Shown: positions 12,035-26,338 of the stretch, piece after piece
Numbering within the stretch: position 1 is the first letter of the stretch
Layout: each line of letters opens with the position of its first letter
Source: Octopus sinensis
Lineage: Eukaryota
NCBI RefSeq assembly: GCF_006345805.1
Contig: NW_021832276.1
Coordinates: forward strand, 1-64,000
Length of the DNA stretch: 64,000 bases
Direction: 5' to 3'
The notes under the pieces: generated by a model
Database searches by the model: none
Told to the model about the DNA's origin: nothing
Seen by the model: the letters and a program-made list of their open reading frames with translations, nothing else
Made by a program: the position numbers and the translations under genes

Positions 12035-15006
12035 TGAACATTGTGAAAACTTATACTATTGAAGCTGTAAGCGTTACAAATGCTAAGCTTTGTATATTGT
12101 TTTTCTTTTAATTCCCATGATGCTGAAATGCTCTGCCATGGATGGAAATATGTTGGATGAAATATTCATGAATAATGAACAATGGAATGTAAGCCTAATT
12201 GATACCACTAAAATAGGCTATATATATATATATATATATAATATATATATATATATGAAAGAATGCAACAAGAGAAGTAATTAGGCTTATTGAAAGTTCT
12301 GATTTCAATATTAAGGCATGATGCGAATTCAGATATTAAATGTTGCATCGAATATACACACAAAGGTAACTTGTAAGTAACTTAGGGTGATTTTTCATTC
12401 AAAGAAAATGGTTTTTGTCGTGAATTGACTCTATTACTCTGCATCAGTATATGTTAAAAGTTGCTGCTATGCAATATTCATGATATGTACGTTATATCCC
12501 CCGACTACGCACGCACAAATATATATATATATAATCGCCGTAAGTTAACCTGCTATATATATATATATACTTGCATTGTTAGCATCATAAGAATTTATAA
12601 ACTTTCGATAGAATCTGGAATAATTTTCTTTTGGAATTGGTTCTCGAAGTACATGTAAAGCTATATTTATGTGCTATTAACTGTAGCTTTGTACTTTTCG
12701 AAAACAAATTACCCAAAAGATTCACACACACACACATACACACACATACATAATTACATACATACATACACAGATACATACTTACATACATGCATACATA
12801 CAAACATGCATACATACATACATACATACATGCATACATACATTCATACATACATACATACATACATACATACATACATACATACATACATACATACATA
12901 CATACAGACATATATATATAATATATATATATATATGCGTGCCATCAAAATAGTAGTGATGTAGTGCCATCGTCAGCTGCACAAATAAATAAATAGAATT
13001 TTAACTAGTCGGCTAGGTATGATCATGAGTATTGTCATATACCTACCTTTTAGAGTAACTGTCTATAAAAGTGGCTGGGTAGGGGAAGACTCTAAATCAT
13101 GATGTTAATTACGAATTAAAGAGGCAAGACGTTAAGAAATCTAGTATGTTAACACAAAGGAAATTTTATCTTGGGGCAGTATGGGTGACGGCTTATAAAT
13201 AATATTGCTATGTATAAGTATTATTCTTCATTAAGAATATTATTGACAGTGACTTCCAAGTTTCCACCAGTTATGCTATCGCTGAACTAGCGAACATAAA
13301 AAGAAACATTAACAATATTATGCGCGTGCAAGCACCCACAAACTTGCCCACACACAGACGGACACACACACACGCACACACACACATGTATATATTTGAT
13401 AGATAGATAAATCGATAGATAGATAGATAAATAGATATAAAATAAAAAGCACAAACTGCCCCGATGGTGAATATCCTGGTTACTTTCAATTGGTATTTCA
13501 TTAGAAATGAGTTAATTCCATAATTATGTAATAAAGATGTATAATTAATATAAATTAAATTGAATTAAATTTTAAAGCTGTTTATCTCAACTCATCAGAA
13601 ATATTAAGTGTGATACTAATCACAGAGCGTTGCTGGTAATTAAACGGCCTATCATTAGCATCTTCCTTAATATTCCTGATGATTTGGTACAACCATTGCT
13701 TGAAATTAATAAAATTAAAATTAGTTTAGATTAATTAATTATACATCTTAATTACATAATTTTGGAACTAATGATGTTTATTCATATTGAAACAGCTGTT
13801 GAATGTAATTAGAATATAAAATAGTGAAATTTCTGCATTTCTTATTTCGTTCTACAAATACGTCGCTCGTAAGGATCATTTTAGCTGATTATGTATATAC
13901 TTGCAACATTTTGTCACAAGGTTTACTTTAATGTTACAACGTGTTGAATTCTAACGACCTATTAGTGATTGAGTTCTAAATTACACTGGATAGATTGGTG
14001 TCACTATAAGTCGTATTTCACTGAATATATGTAGACGATCCGTAGTAGCTCATCTGTATGCTGATCTATCTATTAATGTTATGTATAAACTGAAAGACTG
14101 CAATATAAACAGGCTCTTCATTAAGCCCGATGTGTAGTCTTCTATAGCCACAAAAGAATACTAGATTATTCTAAATTGCTAATATTTTATTCTAAATACA
14201 ATGATAAAATATCAGTGAAATGTTTTGATATTATGTATGTACTTCATCCAACATAGTCTAGGTAAAACATCAACTGACTCTCTCAATTATTGCACATGCC
14301 AATGTGGGAGAAAGAAACATCGTATATCTTAATTTAATTCTCACCGAAAAGCCATGAACAGCTCATCAAATAAAATAGATTATGCATTATGCGTAATAGA
14401 ACAAATCGTATTATTAATAGACTACAATATATGAAATGAACTGCATGAAAAATGAAGCAATAAAGACATGCAAGTATCTCAATGAATAACAATTTAATAA
14501 CGTAAATTAATATTGAAAAGGGAAAAGTTGGAAACACGATGATTGTTATGTTAAATTGGGCACAGATAAAAACATATACCGCTCTTTTCTATAATTTCAA
14601 CATTTACCTATGACGATATTTAATCTAAATTTTTATTTTACTATACATGACAAAGCCAGATAGAAAATTTCTGTACATCCAACTTTGTAATTTCTTTTCA
14701 AAGATATTACAGTTTTCGTTGTTGAAGATTCCGAAACAAATCCCTCCGAAAAGTACACTGTATGGCACCAAATGTTATAAACCAATTTCTTGGTGGAATT
14801 CCGACGCAAACTAGACATTTAAATATTTATGTAAGAATAAATACTGAAAGAGATTCATGGCATATGCATTCTTATGGAAATCTGAAACGATAGAATTTTA
14901 ATATTTGAGCAGAACCATAACAGATGATAATTCATAAAAGATACACGTAAAATTATGAACTACAACAGCTAGACCAGCTCCTGTTTGGAATTATAATCGA
15001 ATTAGC

Positions 15007-15045
<39 letters not shown>

Positions 15046-15116
15046 TAATAATAATATAATAATAATTATTATTATTATTATTATTATTTTATTATTATTA
15101 TTATTATTATTATTAT

Positions 15117-15870
15117 ACCAGAAATTACCAGAAATTACCAAAATACCAGAAATTACCAAAAACATGTAATGAAAATAAATATTACAAGTAACTGCAGAAT
15201 ATCTGGAGATGGACAAGAAACAATAAATCATATTATCTCTAGCTGCCCAGTCCTGGCTAAGAAGGAATATTTCACAGACATGACAGATTTGGAACCTACA
15301 TACATTGGAAGCTATGCCAACATTATGGAATAACAACAGAAAAAAGATGGTATAGGCCACACACCAGAAAAGGTCACAGAAAACGAGAAAGCAACCCTAC
15401 TCTGGGATATGCCGATACACACAGATAGAGAAATTAAGGCCAACAGACCAGATATAGTTGTCAGAGATCATGAAGAAAAAAATGCTTTCTAATTGATGTA
15501 TCAATACCGGCAGATGACAACGTGTCTCTAAAAGAAATGGAGACTCTCAAAATACAAAGACCTGGAAACAGAGGTAACTAGAATGTGGAATCTGAAAACA
15601 GAAACAATTCCTATCATAGTAGGTGCATTAGGCATGATAAAAAAATATTCAGACAAATACATAACAAAAACACCAGGACTTACAAACACATATAACATAC
15701 AGAAAATTGCACTACTAGGCACTGCACACATCCTACGCAGAACACTTTCCATACAATAACCATCAGAGCATCACAACAAATCACAGCACATACCCAAGGC
15801 ACACAGAGCTGCGCTCGGTAGTGAAGTGAAAGCCCGCTATAAAAAAAAATAAAATAAATAAATAAAACTA

Positions 15871-15876
<6 letters not shown>
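15117..15876 (+). mobile_element. 5'-truncated Dong/R4-like LINE: CCHC knuckle + restriction-like endonuclease (REL) pseudogene, 3'UTR, A-rich/(AAT)n tail
   Basis: Translation across frameshifts gives NCRISGDGQETINHIISSCPVLAKKEY..HRHD..YIHWKLCQHYGI..TPEKVTENEKATLLWDMPIHTDREIKANRPDIVV..FLIDVSIPADDNV..SKYKDLETEVTRMW..IPIIVGALG..IQKIALLGTAHILRRTLSIQ* (stop 15757-59). It is flanked by (ATT)n and (AAT)n. Confidence 0.9.
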
Positions 15877-15905
<29 letters not shown>

Positions 15906-15924
15906 TGATGATGATAACAATAGT

Positions 15925-16105
15925 GATTTCTAATTTTGGCTGAAGGCCAGCACATCCAGGAAAAGAAGTAGGTCGATTACATTAGCCCCAGTGATCAACT
16001 GGTACTTATTTTGTCAAACCCGAAAGGGTGAAGATCAAAGTCGACTTCGTCGGAATTTGAACTCAGAACGTAAAGATGGACAAAACGTCGCTTTTTTTGC
16101 CCGGC
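15925..16105 (-). mobile_element. tRNA-derived SINE family 1, diverged copy
   Basis: The reverse complement aligns to 16584-16812 (acgttctgagttcaaattccg..aagtcgactt..ctttcggg..aagtaccag). Confidence 0.7.
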
Positions 16106-16583
16106 GATAAAAAGTCGATAAAAGCAAACAACATCAGAAAACATGTATATAGGGAGAACGTTTCATAAAAAGTGTAAAGTCTATGGAATTTGGAATGAGA
16201 CACATCGTTACAGAATCTCCCAGGTTGGCCAAGGGAGAATGTAAGAGAATGTAAGAGTAAAGGTGTGACCAAATTAAAGTATTCTTCTCTTCCCTCAGAC
16301 CCTTAACCTAAGGGGCATATTCGTGATGCGTCAGTTGGAGTGAGAACTGCACCAAGAATCAGCTTGTCGTCTTTTCCTGGCTTGAAGATTGTAGCAATAG
16401 GAAATAAGTTCCTTGCACAAGAACACAAATTACTACTCTTTCCAGAAGTTGAACCCATTATCCTAAACCAAACACTCTAACTGCTAGATTAAGCGCACTC
16501 ATTCATGAATATATTCGTGTTTAGGAGTGTGTATGTGTGTGTGCATGCATGCAAGTATATATGAACCTATATATATATGTATA

Positions 16584-16812
16584 GGCGGCGAGCTGGCAGA
16601 AACGTTAGCACGCCGGGCGAAATGCGTAGCCGTATTTCGTCTGCCGTTACGTTCTGAGTTCAAATTCCGTCGAAGTCGACTTTGCCCTTCATCCTTTCGG
16701 GGTCGATAAATTAAGTATCAGTTACGCATTGGAATCGATGTAATCGACTTAATCCGTTTGTCTGTCCTTGTTTGTCCCCTCTGTGTTTAGCCCCTTGTGG
16801 GTAGTAAAGAAA
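16584..16812 (+). mobile_element. tRNA-derived SINE family 1, near full length
   Basis: Head ggcggcgagctggcagaaacgttag with a B-box-like gagttcaaattcc. Homologous to 28869-29083, 61874-62090 and 15925-16105. Confidence 0.85.
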
Positions 16813-17315
16813 TATATATATGTATGTATGCATGTATGCATATGTGTATATTTACCAGTCTGCTTAGTCAAGGAAGTGGTTGTAATCTACAACCATGTGA
16901 AAAAGTGGAATGTGACTAGCGTTGTAATCAGTAAATTGAAACTACAAACTGAAAGTGCCCAGAGTGAGGGAAAACGAAGAAGGGGAGACAGACACAAGAA
17001 ATTTCAAACAATTCACATTCTGAAGAACATATTTCATGTATATCTGTATATGTACATTTATAAATATGTCACACATGTAGTAATTCTCAAAACAATGTAA
17101 TACAGTCTCAAGACTCAAAAGAAGAATCTATATTCTGTTCAATTAGATTATATAAAAATACACTCAAGCGTACAGACACCCACATCCACGCACACACATA
17201 ATCCTGTAAACAAACAAACACATACACACACTCATACTTATGTGTATATATATAAACATATATGTATATAAATAAATATATATATACATATTCATATAGT
17301 ATTAGTATATATACA

Positions 17316-17393
<78 letters not shown>

Positions 17394-17465
17394 TGCATAT
17401 TTATATATGTATTAGTATATATACATACATACATACATACATGTTAATATATATAAACATGTATG

Positions 17466-17522
<57 letters not shown>

Positions 17523-18328
17523 GTTTATGTATGTATATATGTCTTTATGTATGTTTGTCTTGCGTGTGAGTTTGTGAAAGAATACATAGAAGCGTACAAT
17601 TGTATATGTCAACATATGTGATGCATTCGTATACATTCGCAAATATATGATGTATGCATATATACATAGATACATACACATACACTTATTAGAATTTCCG
17701 TCAACTCCAACAGTAACCAGACATAAAACTATTGTATTGAGTTAATAAATTTAATTGGTGCCTTTTTTGTTTTTTTCTTTTTTTAGCAGTATTTGTTCGG
17801 GTCTGTCTTTAGTTGCTTTTGTTCGGATATTGATTGATCATTATAATTTTTTTTTCATTTCCTTCCGTCTCTCTTTCGCTATTTTTCTTATAACTCCTTT
17901 ATCACAATCTTGATAAGAACGCAGGTGTCAAATTTATAACAAATTGAACAAAAGTGATATTCTAATCTGGAAGATGAAATCATCGATTTTTTAAACTGAT
18001 TGATATGACCATTCTCTGTGTTTTTTTTTAATGGTATTGGCTATTTGTGTATATTTGTTTTGTGTGTATTTTCGATTTCATACATACATACCTACATACA
18101 TACATACATACATACATACATACATACATACATACATACATACATACATACATACATACATACATAGGTATATATATATATACATGTATACCTATATAAG
18201 TATGTGTGCATATATGAGTGTGTTTTTTGTACGTACATTTATGTGTATGTGTGTCTGTATATATATATATTGATTGATTCTAGTTTCAGCTCACGAGCTG
18301 TGGCCATGCTGGGGCACCGCCATATATA

Positions 18329-18383
<55 letters not shown>

Positions 18384-18396
18384 GTATATATATTAA

Positions 18397-18448
<52 letters not shown>

Positions 18449-18456
<8 letters not shown>

Positions 18457-18847
18457 CATATATGTATACATGTGTCTGTTTAAATAAGTCTTCTATTATA
18501 ATTATATGTACATGAATACATCTTTTGTTTAACTTTGTTTAAATGTTCTTTGCCTATACAAAATCTTTTACAATGGGACCTCTTCTATATGATGATTTTG
18601 CTACATATATCAATATACTTTATCGTTATTTTTCAACTAATGAATCTATCAATTCCCACCCCCACCCCACCCTCGTGATTTCTTCGTGATTTGTATGATT
18701 CTTTATTCCTACTTTGAATAACCATAATCATCAAAATATCAGTCGAATAGGCACATTTAGATGAATGCATATTGTTGATAATGTGATGTATGGTAAGCAT
18801 ACGCGTTTCGGGTAAATATATATACGGTTACAAATACATAAATATCT

Positions 18848-18885
<38 letters not shown>

Positions 18886-19300
18886 CATATATGTATACAT
18901 GTGTCTGTTTAAATAAGTCTTCTATTATAATTATATGTACATGAATACATCTTTTGTTTAACTTTGTTTAAATGTTCTTTGCCTATACAAAATCTTTTAC
19001 AATGGGACCTCTTCTATATGATGATTTTGCTACATATATCAATATACTTTATCGTTATTTTTCAACTAATGAATCTATCAATTCCCACCCCCACCCCCAC
19101 CCTCATTTCTTCGTGATTTGTATGATTCTTTATTCCTACTTTGAATAACCATAATCATCAAAATATCAGTCGAATAGGCACATTTAGATGAATGCATACT
19201 TGTTGATAATGTGATGTATGGTAAGCATACGCGTTTCGGGTAAATATATATACGGTTACAAATACATAAATATCTTGTATATATATATATATATATATAT
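18449..19300 (+). repeat. About 430-bp tandem direct duplication (18449-18877 and 18878-19300)
   Basis: Both units read atgcacacacatatatgtatacatgtgtctgtttaaataagtc...ggttacaaatacata(a)aatatcttg-(TA)n and differ by only a few small indels. Confidence 0.9.
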
Positions 19301-19340
19301 AATATGCATGGACACATACAGACGTATATAAATTGCCATA

Positions 19341-19378
<38 letters not shown>

Positions 19379-19403
19379 ACACACACATATGCATATATAT
19401 ACA

Positions 19404-19575
19404 GGCACAGGCGTAGCTAAGTGGTTAGAAGCTTGCTTCCGGACCACAAGGTTTTGGTTTCAGTCCCACACCGTGGCACATTAGACAACTGTCTGCTACT
19501 ATAGCCTCGGGGGGACCAAGGTCTTGTACGTGGATTTGGTAGACAGTAACTGGAGCAGGCTTTCGTGTACATATG

Positions 19576-19633
<58 letters not shown>

Positions 19634-19757
19634 TCCCCTCGCTATCGCTTGAGAACCGAGGCTGGTGTATTTAACTTAGCGGTTCGACAAAAAGGACCGA
19701 TTGTATAAGTACCAGAATAAGTTCCTGGGGTAGATTTCTTCGACTAACACCCTTGAA
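19404..19757 (+). mobile_element. tRNA-derived SINE family 2 with internal (TA)n(TG)n
   Basis: Head ggcacaggcgtagctaagtggttagaagcttgcttc..ttcagtcccac; body shared with 39591-40218, 42645-43010, 44145-44545 and 54820-55194. Confidence 0.8.
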
Positions 19758-20531
19758 ACCATTAAACGAATAAAAGAATATATATACATGTATATGTATA
19801 TATAATGCAGTCGAGTTACCTTTTACTTAAAAAAAAAAAAGAAAATTGCCTCGACCATTTATTTTCATTTCAAATGTCTTCCATACACATATTTCAAAAG
19901 CACATTCTATTTTCTCACTTTTTTGTCTATAGTTTGCTGACTTTATATATTTTTCTTATTTTATCACGTTGCCTTCCGAAATGAGCTATCCATTTCTCCT
20001 TTCCATATCACATATTCTGTGCTGTCACCTTGTTATCTACTAATCCGCTATTTATTCTACTCTCTCACTCCGTTCACTGTTTAAATTTTTATGTTTAGCG
20101 GACATACTACGTCTATTTATCACTATTTCTGGCTTTTGCACCTCCCTCAACACATATTAGCTTCATGCAGCTCCTTTAATCTTCTTTTGTAGTGTAGATC
20201 TGCACCCGTCTTCTTTCTGTCATTCGGCTTCTCTCTTGGCTTCATACATATAATTTTTAAGAGATAGAGATAGATACAGAGAGAGAGAGAGAGAGGGGGA
20301 GATAGATAGATAGATAGAGAGAGAAATTATGAGAGAGACAAGCATACGCGCGCACGAATACATACATGCACGAACACTGTATTCATACTCCTAGAAACAG
20401 AAGTACCCCACAGTCTCTCTCTGTATGGGTATATATATATATATACACACACATATGTATTATATATATATATATATGTGTGTGTGTATATGCATATCTA
20501 TATGGACGCATATATGTACGTATGTACATAT

Positions 20532-20649
<118 letters not shown>

Positions 20650-22004
20650 CATGTATGTATGTATGTATGTATGTATGTATGTGTGTGTGTTGTGTTGTTA
20701 TGATGTTCGTCGGACATATTGACCAGGAGAAACAGGTACATTTCGGCCGCTTTATTGACTAATGCACACTCTAGTCTGAGAACAGAGTAGAAAAGCTGAG
20801 TCACATATATTTTATATCTGTGTGCCTGGATGGGTTTCTGCAAGAAATCTATCCGTTTTGCAGTCAAAATGCATGAAATTCGGATATTTGACCTTTGCAT
20901 GTTACCTCAAATCTTAGAACATGCAGTATGGATGACGGATAATGAGAGGTGAGATTAGTCAATGGTGATTATCTGAAGGCCACGGTGAGAGATATATCTT
21001 TGGTTGGAAGGGAAAACCAATAGAAAACCTTACTTACATGGAGTAGATTTCGAATTCAGAAATGAGAGAGAGAGCAGACTTCACAACCTGTCTTCTGACT
21101 TCAGTAAGAGACTAATGGTTCTTCTCTCCACGGTGAATACCTAATATATATACGGCAAGTACCAGGGAAGAGTTTGAGCTGAACCCCAAAAGAAGACAAC
21201 ATCAACTTGCTAGGCTTTCTCACTGCAAATTGTTCCTTGACTTTGGAAAAGCACAATTCTAATAGGGTAAGCGAGAAATAGTATCTCCAATAATGTTAGG
21301 CTCTAAAGTAAACGCAAGGAGTAAACATTACTAATCACCAGTACATTATTTTCTTTAGAGAGATGCATGCTTCTATTTACAAAATCCGCACGATAAATAT
21401 GATTGATTACGTGATCCGGTCGACCTAACACCTCATGAAGAAGCCAAAGATTGTTCTACATACAATGACTATTGCTACATTCTCACACTGTAATTCAACT
21501 CACTTCAATACGAAGCCAGCAGTAGAGATGATGCCAACGGAAAGAACATCAACAATGAGTGTCTCCTAGTATAAGTAGCGCACTTTTCAACGTTAGCCAA
21601 GTAAACATCGTCATACATAAATCTGAAACACTATGAGTCATATCAAACGAATTGTGCGGTAGGTTTTAGATTCCACAGCATGGAAAGACCATGCTTGACA
21701 AGAGCAAAACCTAATCAAGTACTTAGTGTATAGAAATGGAACGGATATTTCTGTCAGCCAAACTAAGAATATGAAGCTTAAGTCAAAAGCATGTCAGCAT
21801 GTAAAATCTATTGGCCAGAATCAAATACACGCAAGGCAAGAAATCTTAGCATTTCAATGCATTTTAAATCTAGCAGCTAGCATGACATAAAATGATTTAT
21901 TCAGTCAATGAACAATATAAAATATGGTCCTAAAACAACAGATCTTTCACAATTCAGATCGGAAGACGAAATAATCGTTTGAGATTTAAAAAAAAGCAGC
22001 ATTT

Positions 22005-22695
22005 ACAACCGATGGAAGCAACGTTTCAAAGACTTGCTTCGTGATGTGTCTGCAACCAACGAAGATCTCAGGACATACTAAAGCAAATGGGAAATTACTT
22101 AACTGTAACAACTATCATTGTAGTAATCTAAAAAGCAATCTGTTCATGAAAAAACTGTAAACTCGTAAAGCTCTGTGTTTAAAATCATTTAAAATTAAAA
22201 CATAGTTTATTTTTTATTTCATTATTATTTCTTGTGAAGAAATACATGAATTAGTGAAAGAAATCTTATACGAGATTCATAAACTTTCTTTACTGTTAAG
22301 ATTGTTTATACTTTTTTTCACTATGGCTTATAATTCAGTTTTGTTGTTAAAGCCTTGAGTAATGAATAGAACAAAAATAAAGAATAAACTGATTAAGGTG
22401 ATTATATCTTTAGTTCATAGAATAATCTAACGTTTCAATCAAAAGATGAGACTTTTGCTTGAAAATTCCATTAATTTGTTGATAAAAGAGTTTATTTTTT
22501 ATGGCGTTGTGAGATCTTGAATAGTAGCTACCATTATTATTTTGCAGGAACACCTGACAGATTAGGAAAGGGGAGGAAATTCGTGGGTCTTCTTCAAATA
22601 AGAGACCTAGTTTGAATGATTAAGAGAAGCTGAACCTTCGAAAGCCACTTATGGATTAGGCAGCTGTGAACTGTTATTTATACTGGCATTAAGTT
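22005..22695 (+). repeat. Left arm of an about 690-bp inverted duplication (partner 26339-27025)
   Basis: For example, 22681-95 tactggcattaagtt matches 26339-53 aacttaatgccagta. The match is continuous, with differences mostly 1-nt indels. Confidence 0.9.
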
Positions 22696-24327
22696 CAACT
22701 GAGCTTAAATTTCCCTTTTAAGAGAGTTAGGGGAGATTTAATTCATTTGGTTGGGACTTTGAGTACAACCAGTAAGCAAGTAGAGGCTCCACGCTTCGAT
22801 CGTCAATCTCCTAATTTATTTCCGTTGCCCTCTCTTTCTGCTTTGCTATTTAGCTTGTACATATATTGATTTTATGTTATTGTTATTTGGATCTACATCA
22901 GGATTCAGTGTGTATATTATTCTGTGTTATTTGTAGAGGCTTACTGAATCATGGACTAAATGCCTGATGAATCCTTCAATTTTTAAAACATCAGAAAATG
23001 AGTTGATAGAAACTTGGATGTTGTTTCGAGTAAGTCAAATAACAACGTTTGAACAACAAAAATTTGGTAACTCCTAAAGCGTGTCAGCTTTGGGCTCAAG
23101 TAGTCATTTTATGCTTTTTCTGTTATTGAGAAGGTGGATGGCAGGACTTGATGTATTCTATCTATTTTCCTGTACGGTATTTTCATGCATTTTCTTGATA
23201 AATTATTGAATTTATATTGAATTAAGACCGAGTATGTCTTGCATTTTTCTGCTGCCCATAATATATGTAACTCCGTCTCTTTGTTAAAAATTCTTTTTAT
23301 TTAAGTAATCACATTTTGGGTTCAAATATCATCGTAGATACCTTGTGCATTAGACATAATCAAACAACTGTTTTCGAACTCCAGTCGGTCCGAGGGCACC
23401 TTTAGCAGTGACCCTATATTGTAAGTAATAAGACCAAGTTTCAGATTCCCGCCACTATTAGAAGCTCTGAAAGAGATCTGTCCCTCCTTCTTCATTAAAT
23501 AATAAAAGTAACAAAATAAAGACTAACTGTAAGAACTAGACGTGTCTTGTTGTACTTAAGCTTACTAACAACTCCTAATTACGTGTGTGTTGCAGACAGA
23601 CTTTTATACATAATACAAGTGTAACTAAATACAAACAGAATAATGCGTGGTGCAACAGATGTATACATATATAAATCAAAAGCGAAGTCCGTACATAAAA
23701 CTTACAGAAGTAAACTAAATTTTATGAAGTGAGTCAATTTCAAAAATAATTAAATAAAATCAAAGATTTCCAGTCAGACGGAATAAAACTTTAAAGAGCA
23801 GCAATTAGCAATAAAAGTCATTTACTTCTTCTCATTAAAATAAATGTATTGCAGTAACATAATAATGCTGAGCAACTAGTTTTCTTTATATATACGTGTA
23901 ATATATGCTTATAGACACACTTACATACATACGTACATATACGTATGTGTGAGTTTGTGTGTGTATATAAATACATATAGACTCTCATATGTGGGTATAT
24001 GAATTTGGTCCTCAGTCAGCTTTGGTTATAAGTATCGAGTTACTCGATCTATTGAGCGTTATATTAGTTGATTTGGCGTGTAAGACGTTTGAGGATTTCA
24101 CAGGTTTATATGTCTTGTCACGTAATTCCCAGACTAGAATCAGAGAAATGCACAATATATAACAAGCCTAGACTTTTGAATTTCAAGTGTAATCTACCTT
24201 TTGGGTTCCACCACGGTTTCATTTTCCACAATTACACTTAAGAGTCTTGGGCTGCCAGTGGTTATAGTAAATGACATTTGCCCAACAAATTATTCTGTAG
24301 TCCCGAGGAAAATTTCTTCATAATTGC

Positions 24328-24377
<50 letters not shown>

Positions 24378-26149
24378 GCATCGACTTTACCTATTTCTAT
24401 GTTATAATAGTCTACGTTGTGCTTAAAGATATCCTCGTTCGCCTAGAGAATAGAAATTATTTTCTATTAGCAATTACTTTACCTCAACCGGTTCAGCTCT
24501 TTTTAATACCATACCAAAATACGTCAAAACGGAAACGGATGACATAAAATTGAAATGTTCAGTGGATAAATTTCTTCAAAAAATCCCCATCTAACCTCGC
24601 ACACCCGGATATATCGCCAACAATAATAACTCTTTGCTACAGTGGGCATAGTGCTTCATATATGACTAAAAGGCTTCACAAGGTGGTGCTATTTAGTTAA
24701 ACATGGCGTTGGCCTATACTGGCCGAAACCTATCATAGTTATCAAAGTTATATGTATATATATATATATATGTATAAAGTGTTAAGTGTGGTATACAGAT
24801 ATTGAATATTGAGAAAAAAGGTCGCCAGAACTTTGGAAAAAAATCTTTATATTTATTCCTTTTTCGTTTGTTTCTCCAGCTTGTCAAGTACAATACTGTG
24901 AATGTACGAACAGCTTGTTCTTTTATATAAAACAAATGATTTGGAGGATTTTGTTTAGCATTGGGATGTTCTAGGTTTGCGTATATAATTTTTCTTAATT
25001 TGTAAATATTGTACTAATGTTTTTTCATGCAGAACTACAAATGGTGAAAGCAAACTACAAATTTATATAGTTAATGAGGAATTTGCTTACAAACATACTT
25101 AACAGTAAAGAATTTAACCTTCTAAAAGGTTGAATAGTATTATGAACTAATTCCTCTGAACTATGACCATCCCCTGTCCAGTGGGGTTGAAAAGTCAATC
25201 TCTAGTTATTGTTACAACAGTATAAAAGACCACTTGATAAAATTTAATTTGAATTGAACCCTCCATCCATGATGATGTACAAAGAAATAGCAGCCATGGT
25301 TTTACCTCATTAACAGTCTATATTAGCCCTAGGAAAGGTTTTTACTTTTTCAAATTGATAACGCAATTTAATTGCAATAATATGAATCTAAGCAACAAAT
25401 CGAAAAACGTGTAGGCAGCATGATTTGACTATTATGATATATATATTGATTATTCTATAGATGCATTCTCCATTATCTGTGTATTGTGAAACATTTCTCC
25501 CACATCGACAAGATGATAACATCTATAGCGACAACTGCAATTTCCAAAAGAGTAGGGTACAAATTTCAAAGAAAAAACGACGATAAAAACTAGTACATAA
25601 GCACATGGGGAATATCCAGTATCGTTAATTGATATAGAGTTAATCTCGTGTACGCTTCAATAAATAATCCCATGAAACCGCTTTCCACACAGACATATAT
25701 AATCACACGCATACACATGTATATATACAGACATATATATACACATACATACACACATATATATATATACACACACAGAAATATATATATATATATATAT
25801 ATATGTATACATACACACGCACACACGCGCACGTGCACACACACACATACACACATATAAGTGCATATGTATATGTTTACTCATAACGGTGTTGTAACAA
25901 AGAGTGATGGTGGAGAATAGAAATTGTCATATGACAATCTAATCGCGTTAATGTTTAAATAGATATTAGAATATATTCGCTGGCAAGATTAAAATTGCAA
26001 TTTTCTTAAACTATTATAAGTAATAAGATATATTAAATTTGTGAAATTTTTTTTAAAGTTATGACTTGTTATGACTTGTAGAAATTATTCTGTCTACGTT
26101 ATATATATACAAGACATATATATACACATACATACACACATATATTTGA

Positions 26150-26296
26150 CACTGAATTATGGAAGTCCACCTGAAGATTGTCGATCAAGACAAGAAACGA
26201 TTGTAGTGGCGTTTTTTTTTACTATTTAATTAAATTTTATGTATTAATTAAGTCCTTCCTTTGTTTGTTTTTGCAAAATAGTGGTTTTGTCTCGAA

Positions 26297-26305
<9 letters not shown>
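26150..26305 (+). mobile_element. PLE-type pLTR fragment carrying a hammerhead, ending in (TA)n
   Basis: Contains the hammerhead at 26167-26209. The downstream part (tatgtattaattaagtcc..aaaatagtggttttgtctcg) recurs at 53895-53960. Confidence 0.6.
26167..26209 (+). ncRNA. Minimal type I hammerhead ribozyme, canonical core, GUA cleavage site (after 26205)
   Basis: Reads ccac CTGAAGA TTGTC gatcaa GACAA GAAA C gatt GT A gtgg. Stem I is ccac/gtgg, stem II is a perfect 5 bp, stem III is AC/GT, and all core nucleotides are present. Confidence 0.8.
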
Positions 26306-26334
<29 letters not shown>

Positions 26335-26338
26335 TTAC

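Noticed and set aside
12088-12188. Signal-peptide-like ORF (LYIVFLLIPMMLKCSA...) ending at a gtaagc donor, with an upstream exon-like segment 10535-10593
   Set aside because: The acceptor is poor, the phases are incompatible with the upstream segment (which has stops in all frames), and there is no recognisable homology.
16584-16680. SINE heads as tRNA genes (also 19404, 28138, 39591)
   Set aside because: The A/B-box-like motifs continue into shared non-tRNA bodies and no complete cloverleaf forms.
18795-18815. Minus-strand cgaaacgcgta (hammerhead 3' half)
   Set aside because: There is no upstream core or stem I complement.
21440-21500. AKDCS.Y.TIA.FSH-like peptide resembling RTE reverse transcriptase
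   Set aside because: It is a single short, frameshifted match, and the flanks did not extend the alignment.
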